64,000 nucleotides of DNA from an uncultured virus (IMG/VR IMGVR_UViG_3300007512_002491). Its lineage: Duplodnaviria > Heunggongvirae > Uroviricota > Caudoviricetes. The translations under genes and the position numbers were made by a program. Positions 48,607 to 58,067 of this stretch are shown piece after piece. Where the stretch lies: IMG/VR virus record IMGVR_UViG_3300007512_002491; one strand, 5' to 3'. The notes beneath the pieces were generated by a model. It was not told the DNA's origin, ran no database searches, and was given only the letters and a program-made list of their open reading frames with translations. Every line of letters begins with the position of its first letter. Within the stretch, counting starts at the first letter, position 1.

Positions 48607-50454
48607 CTATTGCGCCGTTCCTATTATTACAGAATCAGGATACTTCATTTCGAATATGCAGCCTTCTGGCCCGATGAAAAGGCCTTTATGCTTGTTTTCT
48701 TCTAAATCATGCTCGTAGTCGCTGTATGAATTAGCCCCCACTGTACCTGAATAGTTGATGAATTCTAAATCTACTAAAGATAAAACTCCGTCTGTATTAA
48801 TAATCGCATTAATTACATCGCTCTCTACAATTGGCTGGTCTATCTGAAAATATTTTATATCAGAAACTTCTTTTATAGCATTTATCACATTTTGGATAAC
48901 CGTACTTTTATTTGCATCTGGTGAGCAAACAACAGAAAAATTAACTCCATAATTTATAACAGTGGCATCTAAAATATCTACCGCATCAGAAACTAATCGG
49001 AACTCGTTGAGATATTTTGAAATATTTATTTTTAGAGCGTCGGGAGCAATTACTAAATTTAAATTAGCGTCTCTAGCTATAATGTAAAGATTAGACGACA
49101 GTGGATTATCGGGGTTATGGTGAATTCCTGCTCTAAAAATTCTCCCAAAAGTATTTGGAAGAGTGTAGAGTCTAGCTAATAAATCTTGCTGCGTAACAAT
49201 TCTAGCTTGTTGGTTTCTAGCTGATTGAATTAAAGCTTTGAGCCCTTCAATAGATAATGGAGGCGCTCCACCGGAAGCGGGAACTAAGTTTTTAACATCC
49301 AAAGATTGAATTACAGAATCCTGAACTGAAGAGCTCGGATTTTCTGGAAACATAATCTCTAAAGATTTGATAGTTCTAATAGACTCTGCAGATACGTTGT
49401 GAGTGGACCCTCCACCATATCGATACATGACCTCAATTGAAGTGTTAACTGGCGCTATTCCAAGTGTGGAGGTTCTTAATAAAGCATTCGGATCTATAGA
49501 AAATCGAGGCATTGTTGTTGTGCCGTAAAGTGGGAGAGCTAAAACACTAAGGTCTGGAATAATGTCGTCATCTGGCGCGCTCGCGTCTCCAGAGCCAAAC
49601 TGAATAGTTGTAATCCTAGTTCTGAAATCGGTGTTAGTTACGTATCGATACGGTGCTGGTATGACTTCTAAATTAGAAGTTACAAGATTTTTTTCATCAT
49701 CTAAATTTTGGACTGCTTTAAAAACGGTATCTTCTGCTAAGGATTCTACTTTATAATATAAGTTTCTTTCTGAATCTTTTACTCTAATAATTTGACTTAC
49801 ATCTTGATTAGATAAAGTAATTTTTCTAAATGGTTTAAGAACGTTGGGTATTTTAAAAGATTGAGTTATAATTTTCCCAGATATAATTGTTGCTTCTTTA
49901 GTAAGGATAAAACTTGTCGGATTATTAGAGTCGTCTACTTCTGAAGTAGTATACGTCGCTATTAAATTTCCATAATCATCAGTTTCTGCAAAATCACAAT
50001 CTTCTACTAAAGTAAAAACGATTCCAGAATTAGATTTTAATTGAGTTTCTTTTTTAATCATGGGAAGAGCGGATATTACAGGCGTATAATCGCCAGAATC
50101 AGAAATTTCAGCTGGGGCAGATATGTAAAACGTTAGCGTGCAAACTGAGGGTGCTGCGCCTGCGATTGGAACCCCCGCATTTTTTGCATGCATTATGATA
50201 TTAGAAGGCTCAATAGCAGTAATCGGATTTAGCTCGTTAAACTGATAATCTAAATAAAACGACATTGTATCGCCAACGTAAGCAGCCATTTCGACTAAAA
50301 GGCCTCCGAGGCTTGCTTCTGAAAAATCTTGAATCTTATCAGGAAAGAAAGTTTTGGCATACTTTATCAAATCTCGTCTGAAAGCAACGAAATCTTTTGC
50401 AAGATAAGATTTTTGTGATGTTTTGGCTACTATTTTTGAAGAGTCGACTGACAA
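48607..50454 (-). CDS. Baseplate wedge subunit (T4 gp6 / baseplate J-like)
   Basis: YLAKDF...LIKYAKTFFP...QDFSEASLGGLLVEMAAYVGDTMSFYLD...FNE, IQFGSG, YRYGGG, ASGGA...QARIVTQQD. TTG start. Confidence 0.88.
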   Translation of the reverse strand: MSVDSSKIVAKTSQKSYLAKDFVAFRRDLIKYAKTFFPDKIQDFSEASLGGLLVEMAAYVGDTMSFYLDYQFNELNPITAIEPSNIIMHAKNAGVPIAGAAPSVCTLTFYISAPAEISDSGDYTPVISALPMIKKETQLKSNSGIVFTLVEDCDFAETDDYGNLIATYTTSEVDDSNNPTSFILTKEATIISGKIITQSFKIPNVLKPFRKITLSNQDVSQIIRVKDSERNLYYKVESLAEDTVFKAVQNLDDEKNLVTSNLEVIPAPYRYVTNTDFRTRITTIQFGSGDASAPDDDIIPDLSVLALPLYGTTTMPRFSIDPNALLRTSTLGIAPVNTSIEVMYRYGGGSTHNVSAESIRTIKSLEIMFPENPSSSVQDSVIQSLDVKNLVPASGGAPPLSIEGLKALIQSARNQQARIVTQQDLLARLYTLPNTFGRIFRAGIHHNPDNPLSSNLYIIARDANLNLVIAPDALKINISKYLNEFRLVSDAVDILDATVINYGVNFSVVCSPDANKSTVIQNVINAIKEVSDIKYFQIDQPIVESDVINAIINTDGVLSLVDLEFINYSGTVGANSYSDYEHDLEENKHKGLFIGPEGCIFEMKYPDSVIIGTAQ

Positions 50455-50456
50455 AA

Positions 50457-50948
50457 TTATCCTCCCATATATAAAATGACTTCCATTGCTTGCTGGTTAA
50501 TTCCAGCAACTGGAGCCGAGTAAGTTATTCTTATTCCATTCGGTGCAGTGCCACCCGTGGTGCCATCTCTTGGAGTAGAAAAAGTTTCAAAATTATGTAA
50601 AGTTATAAACGGCATATATTTTTTTGTTGCTTTAGTGATTCTCAACATTGCTTCGGTGTCTGTGCTTTCCGAACCTAGCTCCATTACAAGCTCTTGCAAA
50701 TTAGCACCAAAATCATACATTCCAATTCTTTCACCGTGATTAGTAAGAATTAAATTTTTAAAATTATCTTTTATTAAAGACGCCTTGTCATGGTGCATCT
50801 CGAAAAGATTTCCGAAATCATAATCAAGCGCTACAGGAGTCTTAATTCCAATCGGTGGACGTCTTTTGATGTCCGTACGACGAGTCTGTCCGTATTCCTC
50901 GATAGTCTCACCAACAGACTTAAATTTATATGTTCTTGAGTTAGACAT
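50457..50948 (-). CDS. Baseplate wedge / sheath-initiator protein (T4 gp25 / GPW-like)
   Basis: IKDNFKNLILTNHGERIGMYDFGANLQEL...KKYMPFI. Directly upstream of the gp6-like gene. Confidence 0.85.
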   Translation of the reverse strand: MSNSRTYKFKSVGETIEEYGQTRRTDIKRRPPIGIKTPVALDYDFGNLFEMHHDKASLIKDNFKNLILTNHGERIGMYDFGANLQELVMELGSESTDTEAMLRITKATKKYMPFITLHNFETFSTPRDGTTGGTAPNGIRITYSAPVAGINQQAMEVILYMGG

Positions 50949-50976
50949 TTTCAGACCCTACTTTTTGCCGCTGTAT

Positions 50977-50983
50977 TAAATAT
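50977..50983 (-). promoter_or_regulatory. Candidate late promoter core ATATTTA
   Basis: Intergenic, about 29 nt upstream of the gp25-like start. Confidence 0.45.
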
Positions 50984-51012
50984 TCCTCAACATAATTTTA
51001 TCTGATATTAAT

Positions 51013-51513
51013 TTAAGATAAGTGACACAACGGTGTAAGTTCTGCGTCTCCAAACGGTAGAACAACCATGTGAAAAAATGGAGAGCCAAAAGAAAAACCA
51101 GTGCCCGCTGACTTAACGGGGCCATTTAATTGGGCGTTGAGAACAAAATTCATAGTAGCCTCCGCAATAGCCTCACCTAAATCTTTACAATTGGCTGCGT
51201 AATCTGCGCCGTCTGAAGTATCTGCTGCTGCTTTGAAAGCATTAGTTAATTGAATTGAAAAACCCAAAACCATTGCTTGTAGCCCAGCATTTGTGCCACC
51301 CGGCCGGACTTTGGCCGCCATTCCGGCGTTGATTGCTCTCCTTTCAGATATTCTCCATCTATTCTGAACCCCTGGTGGTACTCCCGATTCGTATCTATCG
51401 TTCCAGCCCGTAAAATCGCCGATCCCTTCACCTACGAGATTTCCAACTTCTCCAGGGAGTTGAGTTACTTCTTGCGCCGTTTCTTTTACTACGCCTAATA
51501 AATCGTCTGACAT
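51013..51513 (-). CDS. Hypothetical baseplate-region protein (possibly associated with the spike tip)
   Basis: Lies between the gp5-like and gp25-like genes and has an AAGGA SD. Function is inferred from position only. Confidence 0.5.
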   Translation of the reverse strand: MSDDLLGVVKETAQEVTQLPGEVGNLVGEGIGDFTGWNDRYESGVPPGVQNRWRISERRAINAGMAAKVRPGGTNAGLQAMVLGFSIQLTNAFKAAADTSDGADYAANCKDLGEAIAEATMNFVLNAQLNGPVKSAGTGFSFGSPFFHMVVLPFGDAELTPLCHLS

Positions 51514-51545
51514 TTTGTTATCCTTGTTGGTGTTGTGTTAGTTTG

Positions 51546-53252
51546 TTATTCAGTGAAAACTCTTTCTGATGCAAGACCGGTGATCATCGCTCTTACAGAT
51601 GCAGCTCCAGTAACAAGACAGTCGCCCCCATTGCTCACCTGAGTACATTCGCGGCCGAAGCCCGGTGTTTTGTTACCCATTAGCGACGAGCCAGCATTCT
51701 GCATTGTATCACATATTGCATTTAAAAGATTTTCTAGTTGTTGATATCGAACTACTGGATTAGAGCCTTTTTCGGTCATATAATCCAATCTTCCAGAGCC
51801 AGATTTAGTTCCATCTGGACCGCCGCCGCGGCCGCCATCTTGGGCGACTTGCAGCACATTAGTTTCTCCAGCTCCTGCTCGATGCTCATTATCAGGAACT
51901 CGGCCCAAATAAATTCTACTGCCCGAAATTTGAATAGTCCCATCTGGCTGTAAGCAAATAGAAGCATGATCGCCAGCTAAATCACCCTGCTTCACTATTC
52001 TAATAGAACCATTGATTTCTTTTTCTTCGTCTTTTCTAGCAACCAATCTAACGTTATCAGAGCACATTATAACGAATGGTTCTCCCTCTCTATCAGTGAA
52101 CTCTTCCCCGAATGGTGTTGCTAGATTTTCGTTTCCAGTATCTATTCCAAAATTTTTATCTCCATCTGTAGCCATTGAAACATACACTCGGGCTGAATCA
52201 TATTTAAAATCAGGGTCTCCCTCATACGGGGGAACGGTTTCGTTGTTTATTTGCGGATTTTTATCAGTCTCTATTGTCGCTGGGACTAAGTCTGGGCGTG
52301 TGGTGTCGTGGTAATTTTCTATAGTTCTAGGCGCAGTAGCTTCTGGTGCATCACCAAGAGATCCAGTTAAAGTTGGGTTTGTCGGTAAAAATCTGCCACG
52401 ACCAGCAACAATGTCAATAGTTCCATTAAAGCTTCTTGTTCCCCCAGCATCTTCAGATGGCGTTATAGTACCCAAAGTGTTTCTAACATCTCTTGGCATA
52501 TTTGAATCTGGACGATCTTGCCAAGTCCATCCTCTGTCTTCTCCTAAAATAATAGCAGTGTTATTAGAACCCTGCACCACAAGATCTTGAGGCCTCTTAC
52601 TTAATCTTGGAACTGGCTCCATTTTTACATAAGGATACCAAAAAGAAATTTCTTTAATTAAAGAATAAGCTTCATTACTATTTTCTAAACCAAATGAACT
52701 TATTGAAACTCCAGATCTCGTACCGTCTCCATTTTGAAATTTTGGTAAAATTATTGGTCTAGTTGCTTGAGCTGATTCTAATTGTGCGCTAGTGCTAAGC
52801 GTGGTCGTCGTATAGAGCTTGCGATCTCCATGAGTAAAATTGAGATCGTCTACTTCAGCTTTCTCTGGGCATCTTGATATCCAATACGGCAAAGTACCTA
52901 AGTCTCCAGCTTTTTCGCCCATTAACCAAACAGTTTCGCCGGGCTTAACTGGCATACAGATGTGCGGTGGAAAAAATGGATAAGCTATCAATTGAGGGCT
53001 GCCTTTTTTTCCATCAGATATAGGCTGGACAATCAAGGCGTTTCTTGGAGCCGAGTCTACATATTGAGCATTTGAAACGAAATATTTTGCATTTTCTCTT
53101 CTATCTGCCTGGTATTCCCAAAGAGCTAAATCTTGAATACAGTCTTTTACAACTGCTTTAAATAAAATTCTTGCCGGCGCCGGAGGCGGTGGTGTTGCTG
53201 ATTCGACTGTTTGTCGACCCATCATTCTTGTTCTGGAATCTTGACTACCCAT
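51546..53252 (-). CDS. Putative baseplate hub / central spike protein (gp5-like OB fold)
   Basis: AYPFFPPHICMPVKPGETVWLM...YWIS resembles the gp5/gpV OB fold, followed by beta-helix-like DLVVQGSNNTAIILG and SICLQPDGTIQISGSRIYLG. Confidence 0.6.
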   Translation of the reverse strand: MGSQDSRTRMMGRQTVESATPPPPAPARILFKAVVKDCIQDLALWEYQADRRENAKYFVSNAQYVDSAPRNALIVQPISDGKKGSPQLIAYPFFPPHICMPVKPGETVWLMGEKAGDLGTLPYWISRCPEKAEVDDLNFTHGDRKLYTTTTLSTSAQLESAQATRPIILPKFQNGDGTRSGVSISSFGLENSNEAYSLIKEISFWYPYVKMEPVPRLSKRPQDLVVQGSNNTAIILGEDRGWTWQDRPDSNMPRDVRNTLGTITPSEDAGGTRSFNGTIDIVAGRGRFLPTNPTLTGSLGDAPEATAPRTIENYHDTTRPDLVPATIETDKNPQINNETVPPYEGDPDFKYDSARVYVSMATDGDKNFGIDTGNENLATPFGEEFTDREGEPFVIMCSDNVRLVARKDEEKEINGSIRIVKQGDLAGDHASICLQPDGTIQISGSRIYLGRVPDNEHRAGAGETNVLQVAQDGGRGGGPDGTKSGSGRLDYMTEKGSNPVVRYQQLENLLNAICDTMQNAGSSLMGNKTPGFGRECTQVSNGGDCLVTGAASVRAMITGLASERVFTE

Positions 53253-53263
53253 ATTTTTTTCTC

Positions 53264-53629
53264 TTATCCACTTATTTTGTTAAAAATATCATCTGGATCT
53301 ATTTTAGAATTTTGTTCTTCAGCTTTAGATATTAACTCTGCTAATTTAAGTAATTGGTCGTTAGCTTTATTCATCCTCTCTAGATATTTGTTCATTATAG
53401 GACCCACAGCAATATGCTCTGCGGCAGTTTGGGTCATTATTGAATATACTTCATGAAAAAGTATATAAGCATTTTCTCTATCTGTAACTGCGTTTTCATA
53501 GATCTCTTTCCACAAAAGCTTTTTCTTGTCTTCTGTGCTCGTAAGAGAATCTAATAAATCTCCAAATTCTTTTATTTTTTTCTCTTTTTCTTGAATTCTC
53601 TTAAGAATGTCTTTTTGCTCTTCTGACAT
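53264..53629 (-). CDS. Hypothetical coiled-coil protein
   Basis: Helical and charged, ending KYLERMNKANDQLLKLAELI. Follows the sigma factor gene. Confidence 0.65.
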   Translation of the reverse strand: MSEEQKDILKRIQEKEKKIKEFGDLLDSLTSTEDKKKLLWKEIYENAVTDRENAYILFHEVYSIMTQTAAEHIAVGPIMNKYLERMNKANDQLLKLAELISKAEEQNSKIDPDDIFNKISG

Positions 53630-53637
53630 TTGCTTAC

Positions 53638-54381
53638 CTACATAAAAAATGGATCTTCTTGTTTAATCTCTCTATACAACTTTCGAATTGAAGACATTGA
53701 AGCAGAAAGCTGTTTGGAATTTAACCCAGATATATCTCTTACGTATACAAAGATAGCTCTTTTGTTTAAGAAGTCTAGCTGATCTACCATTTCGAAAATT
53801 TTAATAATTGCACTTATACACGCAATTTCATTTTTTCCATCTACCTTATCTTGAATTTGATAAAGTATTATCATTATCTCAGCTTTAAATTCCTGGTCTA
53901 TCATTAAGTCATCTGGAGATGGCGCTACTTGAGAACTCGCTATAGCTATTTTATCATTTGCGCTTAAGCTAGTAACGTCTTCGATGCTGACATGGGATCC
54001 AGTAATCTTCTTTCTTCTTCTAGAATTTAATATCAACCAGTTTTTTGCAACTACATTAAAATATGAAAAAGCTTTTGTGCCTCTAGAGTTATCAAACTTA
54101 TAAAGAGTTTCATACATAAAAGTCACACAATCATTTTTTAGAACTCCAAAATTCTCACCCTTTTTGGCAAATCCGTAGATAAGAATTAAATTTTCGGCCA
54201 ATTTATTAAATGCGGGAGAGATTCTGTCTTTATAGATTACGCCGCGGTCATCAGCAGATTCTGTTTGCTGAAATTCGCAAATAGCTTTCTGGGTATTTTC
54301 ATCAAAATAAAGTTTCGTAGTAGAACCCTTTTTTCTTCTTCTTATTACTCTTTTCTTTCTGACTTTTTTCTTTTTTTCCAC
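53638..54381 (-). CDS. Phage RNA polymerase sigma factor (gp55-like, late)
   Basis: FNKLAENLI...LYKFDNSRGTKAFSYFNVVAKNWLI matches the sigma region 2 pattern. GTG start with GGAG SD. Sits at the head of the structural block. Confidence 0.72.
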   Translation of the reverse strand: MEKKKKVRKKRVIRRRKKGSTTKLYFDENTQKAICEFQQTESADDRGVIYKDRISPAFNKLAENLILIYGFAKKGENFGVLKNDCVTFMYETLYKFDNSRGTKAFSYFNVVAKNWLILNSRRRKKITGSHVSIEDVTSLSANDKIAIASSQVAPSPDDLMIDQEFKAEIMIILYQIQDKVDGKNEIACISAIIKIFEMVDQLDFLNKRAIFVYVRDISGLNSKQLSASMSSIRKLYREIKQEDPFFM

Positions 54382-54394
54382 TTAAAAACTCCAA

Positions 54395-54706
54395 TTATTT
54401 TTCTGGTTCTGCTTCTTCTACTTCTTCTACGTCTCCCAAAATATTAGCTGTTTTTAAAATTTGATCTCTGCAGTCTTTTATATCTGTTATTACAGATCTA
54501 ATTTCTTGGCTATCATAAAATAGCGGCATTTCGACTATTGTCGATATACTAGCGTATTTTGTATCAAAAACGTCAAGAGTTTCCTCAATTTGGTCGATGT
54601 ATTTTAAAATAAGTTTTCCAAACTTAATATTATAATAAACTGAGAAAGATAGTAATACTGTAGACACACAAAGACAGCCCGCTAAAATTATGGTTAAGGT
54701 GTTCAC
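54395..54706 (-). CDS. Small membrane-anchored coiled-coil protein
   Basis: N-terminal hydrophobic helix (TLTIILAGCLCVSTVLLSFSVYY), then an amphipathic helix. Confidence 0.6.
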   Translation of the reverse strand: MNTLTIILAGCLCVSTVLLSFSVYYNIKFGKLILKYIDQIEETLDVFDTKYASISTIVEMPLFYDSQEIRSVITDIKDCRDQILKTANILGDVEEVEEAEPEK

Positions 54707-55866
54707 TTTTCTATTTCGTCCAAAAATTCATCATATTTTTTACTGATCGCTTTATGAGAAAACTCTTCTTTTATTATTTTTGCTAAATCTTTAGCCCAAC
54801 TCTTTGGTATATCGGAAGCTTTTCTAAATTTAGAAACTTTCTTTTTAAAATCAGACTCTATTACATCTGCCCAACAAGAACCCTCTACAAAAATACTATT
54901 ATCTACTCTAGACTTATGGATTGGCACCAAACTATAATTAAGTTTTATAAATTTTCCCTTGTTTAGAAAATCTAAATGGCCTGACCAGTTAGTGGCTATT
55001 ATTGGAAGTTCAGAAGCGGCAGCTTCTAAAAGAGGCAATCCAAAACCTTCGCCTCTTGATGGAGCTACAAGAGCTTTTATCGATTTTTCTCGATAAACAT
55101 CTGATAATTCTTGTTCTGTTAAATCTCCATGAAGCAAATATATTTTAGGATATTCACCAGTGCGGACTTCGTCTATAAGATTTTTTAATAGACTCATCGT
55201 TATTCTTCTATCTACTTTAGTATTCTTTCCGTGATTAGTTTTAACAACAATGCCCACATCTGGATCGTCTTTAAAAGTTTCGCAAAGCCACTTTATGGCG
55301 AAGAAAGTATTTTTTCTGTCGTTAAAAGGATTGTTTCCAGTTATCTGACCGAATAGAAGAAAGTTAAAGCTGGTATCAAGAGATAACGGCTGATTTTCTT
55401 CGCAGTTAACTAAAGCGTCTGGATAACTTTCTGGTATTACTGAAATTGGAACTGACAAGTTTCCTGAGTTCTGCAGTACTTTTTTAGTGTGTTCTGAAGG
55501 AACTATTATGTGGTTCATTTTATTGCATGCTTCGATCCACTTGGGTGAACACCGATCAGTTTCTACAGCGGCAGTTACACCCACGTTGTAAGAAGCTAAA
55601 GACGAATCCCACTCATTTGGAAGCTGAACCTGAAACGAATAATCAAATCTTTCTGCTTGAGGGTTGTAATCTGTTCTCTTAAAAATCTCTTTGATTAATC
55701 CATCTTGTCGATTTTCATCAAGTAACCAAGGAGTAATGCCCCATGGCAATGTTTGAACTTTTATTTCTATATCGTCTCTTTCATGGAGCCACTTGAATAT
55801 CTGGCGAGTGTGGACTCCATATCCAGAAAGAGTAAGAAGCGGTCCTCTAATAATAGCTTTTTTCAT
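54703..55866 (-). CDS. Glycosyltransferase, GT-B fold, family 4-like
   Basis: SGYG at the N-terminus, IIVPSEH, PSRGEGFGLPLLEAAASELPIIATNWSGHLDF. Confidence 0.9.
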   Translation of the reverse strand: MKKAIIRGPLLTLSGYGVHTRQIFKWLHERDDIEIKVQTLPWGITPWLLDENRQDGLIKEIFKRTDYNPQAERFDYSFQVQLPNEWDSSLASYNVGVTAAVETDRCSPKWIEACNKMNHIIVPSEHTKKVLQNSGNLSVPISVIPESYPDALVNCEENQPLSLDTSFNFLLFGQITGNNPFNDRKNTFFAIKWLCETFKDDPDVGIVVKTNHGKNTKVDRRITMSLLKNLIDEVRTGEYPKIYLLHGDLTEQELSDVYREKSIKALVAPSRGEGFGLPLLEAAASELPIIATNWSGHLDFLNKGKFIKLNYSLVPIHKSRVDNSIFVEGSCWADVIESDFKKKVSKFRKASDIPKSWAKDLAKIIKEEFSHKAISKKYDEFLDEIEK

Positions 55867-57113
55867 TTTACTTCTCCTAAGAATTTTCTCTGATATTTTG
55901 ATTTCCAGTTTTCTAAGGTGTCATTGAGAGTATCGTTCCAGAGATCAATTGTTTTTTGATAAGAAAATTCAGAATCTACGTAATCTATAACCTTTTGCGA
56001 TAGCTGCTCTTTTTCTTCTGGTGTTTTTTCATACATTTTCATAATGGCGTTTGCCACACTCTCGTTTGAGCAGTAATCTTCATAAATGTATGGAACACTC
56101 TGTGACCCAACCAAAGTTTTTAAATCTATATCAAGGGCAACACCATTTTCGGAGCCATCTCGATGATCAACAACTTGGCGAGTTAATCCCCCGGTTTTTG
56201 CAGCTATTATAGGAGTACCAGCTTGCATCGATTCTAAAGTAGCTAAACCGAAACCTTCAGCATAAGATATATTCAAACAAGCATCACTGATATTGTGCAT
56301 TATGTTTATTTGCTCGAAACCAACTCTTTGATTAGAGAAAACTACTGTATCTTGTATTCCGAGCATCTCTCCCGTGGCAAAAAGATTGGGTCCTTCCGGG
56401 TCTTGGGGGTCTGTGTGCATCAATAAAGTAACGTCCCTTTTCCCATGTTTTTCTTCAAGTTGTTTCACAAACAAGCTCCAAGATACCAAGACATCGTTTG
56501 TTCTTTTTCTACGCGCGTTTCTGTTCATCCAAAATACGACAAAGTTATCTTTCTTTTCTTTTCCAAGAGCCTGCTCTTTCAAGCTTAAAATTTGAGATTT
56601 TTGCATAGGGAAAAATACATTTGGTGGTAAAGCGTGAGGAACAAAATTAGTTTTTTCTGGAAACTTTTCTCCGACCATCTTATAAGTTAAGTGAGAGTGG
56701 CAGTTGATTAAATCAGTTGATTGATAAAACTCGTTATTAAACTGGGGATATGGATAATTGTCCCAAACATGCCACCAAACTATAGGGCAAATTTGATGAA
56801 TTTCATCCTCCATTTCAAATAGCCAGATGAAAAATCTCGGATCAGTAAAAATAAACAATATGTCTGGTTTTTCAGTAATTAAAGCTAACCTAAGCATATC
56901 GGGATTTCCAAAACCATCAATGGGCTTGATTATGAAATCTTCGCTCACTTGAACTACATCGTAATTTTCATGCTTTATTGCCGCACCAAATTGTCTAAAA
57001 GACCATTCGCCCTTAGCTAATAAGCCATTCACTAAATGGCGAGTTTGAGTACCGACTCCCGAGGTACTCAAGGCATGATCTGATAAAATTAGAATTTTTT
57101 TCTTTTTTTTCAT
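55863..57113 (-). CDS. Glycosyltransferase, GT-B fold, family 4-like
   Basis: TSGVG, NRNARRK, AEGFGLATLESMQAGTPIIA. Confidence 0.9.
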   Translation of the reverse strand: MKKKKKILILSDHALSTSGVGTQTRHLVNGLLAKGEWSFRQFGAAIKHENYDVVQVSEDFIIKPIDGFGNPDMLRLALITEKPDILFIFTDPRFFIWLFEMEDEIHQICPIVWWHVWDNYPYPQFNNEFYQSTDLINCHSHLTYKMVGEKFPEKTNFVPHALPPNVFFPMQKSQILSLKEQALGKEKKDNFVVFWMNRNARRKRTNDVLVSWSLFVKQLEEKHGKRDVTLLMHTDPQDPEGPNLFATGEMLGIQDTVVFSNQRVGFEQINIMHNISDACLNISYAEGFGLATLESMQAGTPIIAAKTGGLTRQVVDHRDGSENGVALDIDLKTLVGSQSVPYIYEDYCSNESVANAIMKMYEKTPEEKEQLSQKVIDYVDSEFSYQKTIDLWNDTLNDTLENWKSKYQRKFLGEVK

Positions 57114-57145
57114 TTCGAAATTAACCTCTCCCTTCGAACTAATTC

Positions 57146-57174
57146 ATTTTAATAAAAAAGGGCCAAACGGTAAA
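57146..57174 (-). promoter_or_regulatory. Putative sigma70-like promoter for the GT4-GT4-sigma operon
   Basis: TTTACC-17 nt-TAAAAT, followed by a GGAGAGG SD before the ATG at 57113. Confidence 0.4.
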
Positions 57175-57185
57175 AAATGGCCCTT
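57152..57185 (-). terminator. Possible intrinsic terminator after the nuclease gene
   Basis: AAGGGCCA-12 nt loop-TGGCCCTT followed by TTTTAT. Confidence 0.5.
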
Positions 57186-57208
57186 AGAAACTTTAATTTT
57201 TTAAACTG

Positions 57209-58030
57209 CTATGTGCAGTATTCTGTATCTTTGTAGTCGCAAAAAGTGCAACTCATTCTATTTTTAACAAAAAATCCCCTGTAGACATTTTTGATCATGC
57301 TAGAAACCATTTTATTAGCTTGTTCTAAAGCTTTGGGACCAGCGGAAACTTTTAATAATCCGCACATATTGCCCGGCTTTCCGCCCCTCTTTAGAAGAAC
57401 AAACGCACACCCAACATCTTTAAACGGAATATTGTTTTTCGAAGCCCAGTAATATTTGTAGAGAACAAGCTGTGCCTGCATCATGAAATCTCTTCTTTTT
57501 CTCTTGTCCCAACCATAAGATTTTGCTGTTTTCCAATCCAAAATCCAATATTTATATGTTCCATTTTTTCTAGGAACTTTGATGATTGCGTCGATATAAC
57601 CTTTAAATTTAATGTCTGCGCTATCTATCTCTTCGTATAGCATTTCTTCTGCGCTGACTCTTTCCCACTCTGGAAAATTTTCATCTAAAAAATCAGGAAC
57701 ATCATCCCACATGTTCGAAGCCCACTCACACCACTCTTCTACCGGAACATGCTTGTACCATTTCGGCATCTTTTCATACCATTCTGGCTTATCAAAACCG
57801 TGCTTGTTCCAGGCATCTCGAATATTTTGAAGTAATCTTTCTTTTGGTATTTCGCCAGTGTTTAAAAAACTTTCGCACCCTTCATGGACGTTAGTCCCGA
57901 AATCCAAATAGGGAGAAGGAGTTCCAAGGTCAATTTTATCAATATACGCCAGTTTGTGTCTATACGGACACTCTTTCCAGTTTTTTACTTCAGAATAAGA
58001 GATGTGTGGTTTTTCAGTAGGAAAATTCAT
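57209..58030 (-). CDS. PD-(D/E)XK nuclease, Cas4/RecB/AddB-like, with a probable Fe-S cluster
   Basis: ISYS...ECPY, FGTNVH, FKGYIDAI, ILDWKT, QLVLY and C-terminal CTFCDYKDTEYC (1+3 Cys arrangement). Confidence 0.88.
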   Translation of the reverse strand: MNFPTEKPHISYSEVKNWKECPYRHKLAYIDKIDLGTPSPYLDFGTNVHEGCESFLNTGEIPKERLLQNIRDAWNKHGFDKPEWYEKMPKWYKHVPVEEWCEWASNMWDDVPDFLDENFPEWERVSAEEMLYEEIDSADIKFKGYIDAIIKVPRKNGTYKYWILDWKTAKSYGWDKRKRRDFMMQAQLVLYKYYWASKNNIPFKDVGCAFVLLKRGGKPGNMCGLLKVSAGPKALEQANKMVSSMIKNVYRGFFVKNRMSCTFCDYKDTEYCT

Positions 58031-58038
58031 TATATAAA

Positions 58039-58067
58039 ATCATAAACAAAAACATGGCAATTGTTCA
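58039..58067 (-). promoter_or_regulatory. Putative sigma70-like promoter, probably leaderless, for the nuclease gene
   Basis: TGAACA-17 nt-TATGAT, ending 8 nt before the ATG at 58030. Shares TGAACAAT with the primase promoter. Confidence 0.45.

Noticed and set aside
43573..53252. Bacterial contractile injection system or tailocin instead of a phage
   Set aside because: Terminase, primase, resolvase and a phage-type sigma factor lie in the same gene run, and there are no cellular housekeeping genes.
54325..54381. NLS-like basic N-terminus (KKKKVRKKRVIRRRKK) suggesting a eukaryotic virus
   Set aside because: SD motifs, coupled operons, a sigma factor, an intrinsic terminator and a myovirus-type baseplate all point to a bacterial host. 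The tail is more likely nucleic-acid binding.
54395..54706. Spanin or holin assignment for the small membrane protein
   Set aside because: There is no adjacent endolysin or o-spanin lipoprotein, and one hydrophobic helix is not enough evidence.
57209..58030. Cas4-like gene as part of a CRISPR-Cas system
   Set aside because: No array or other cas genes are present, and solo nucleases of this type are common in phages.
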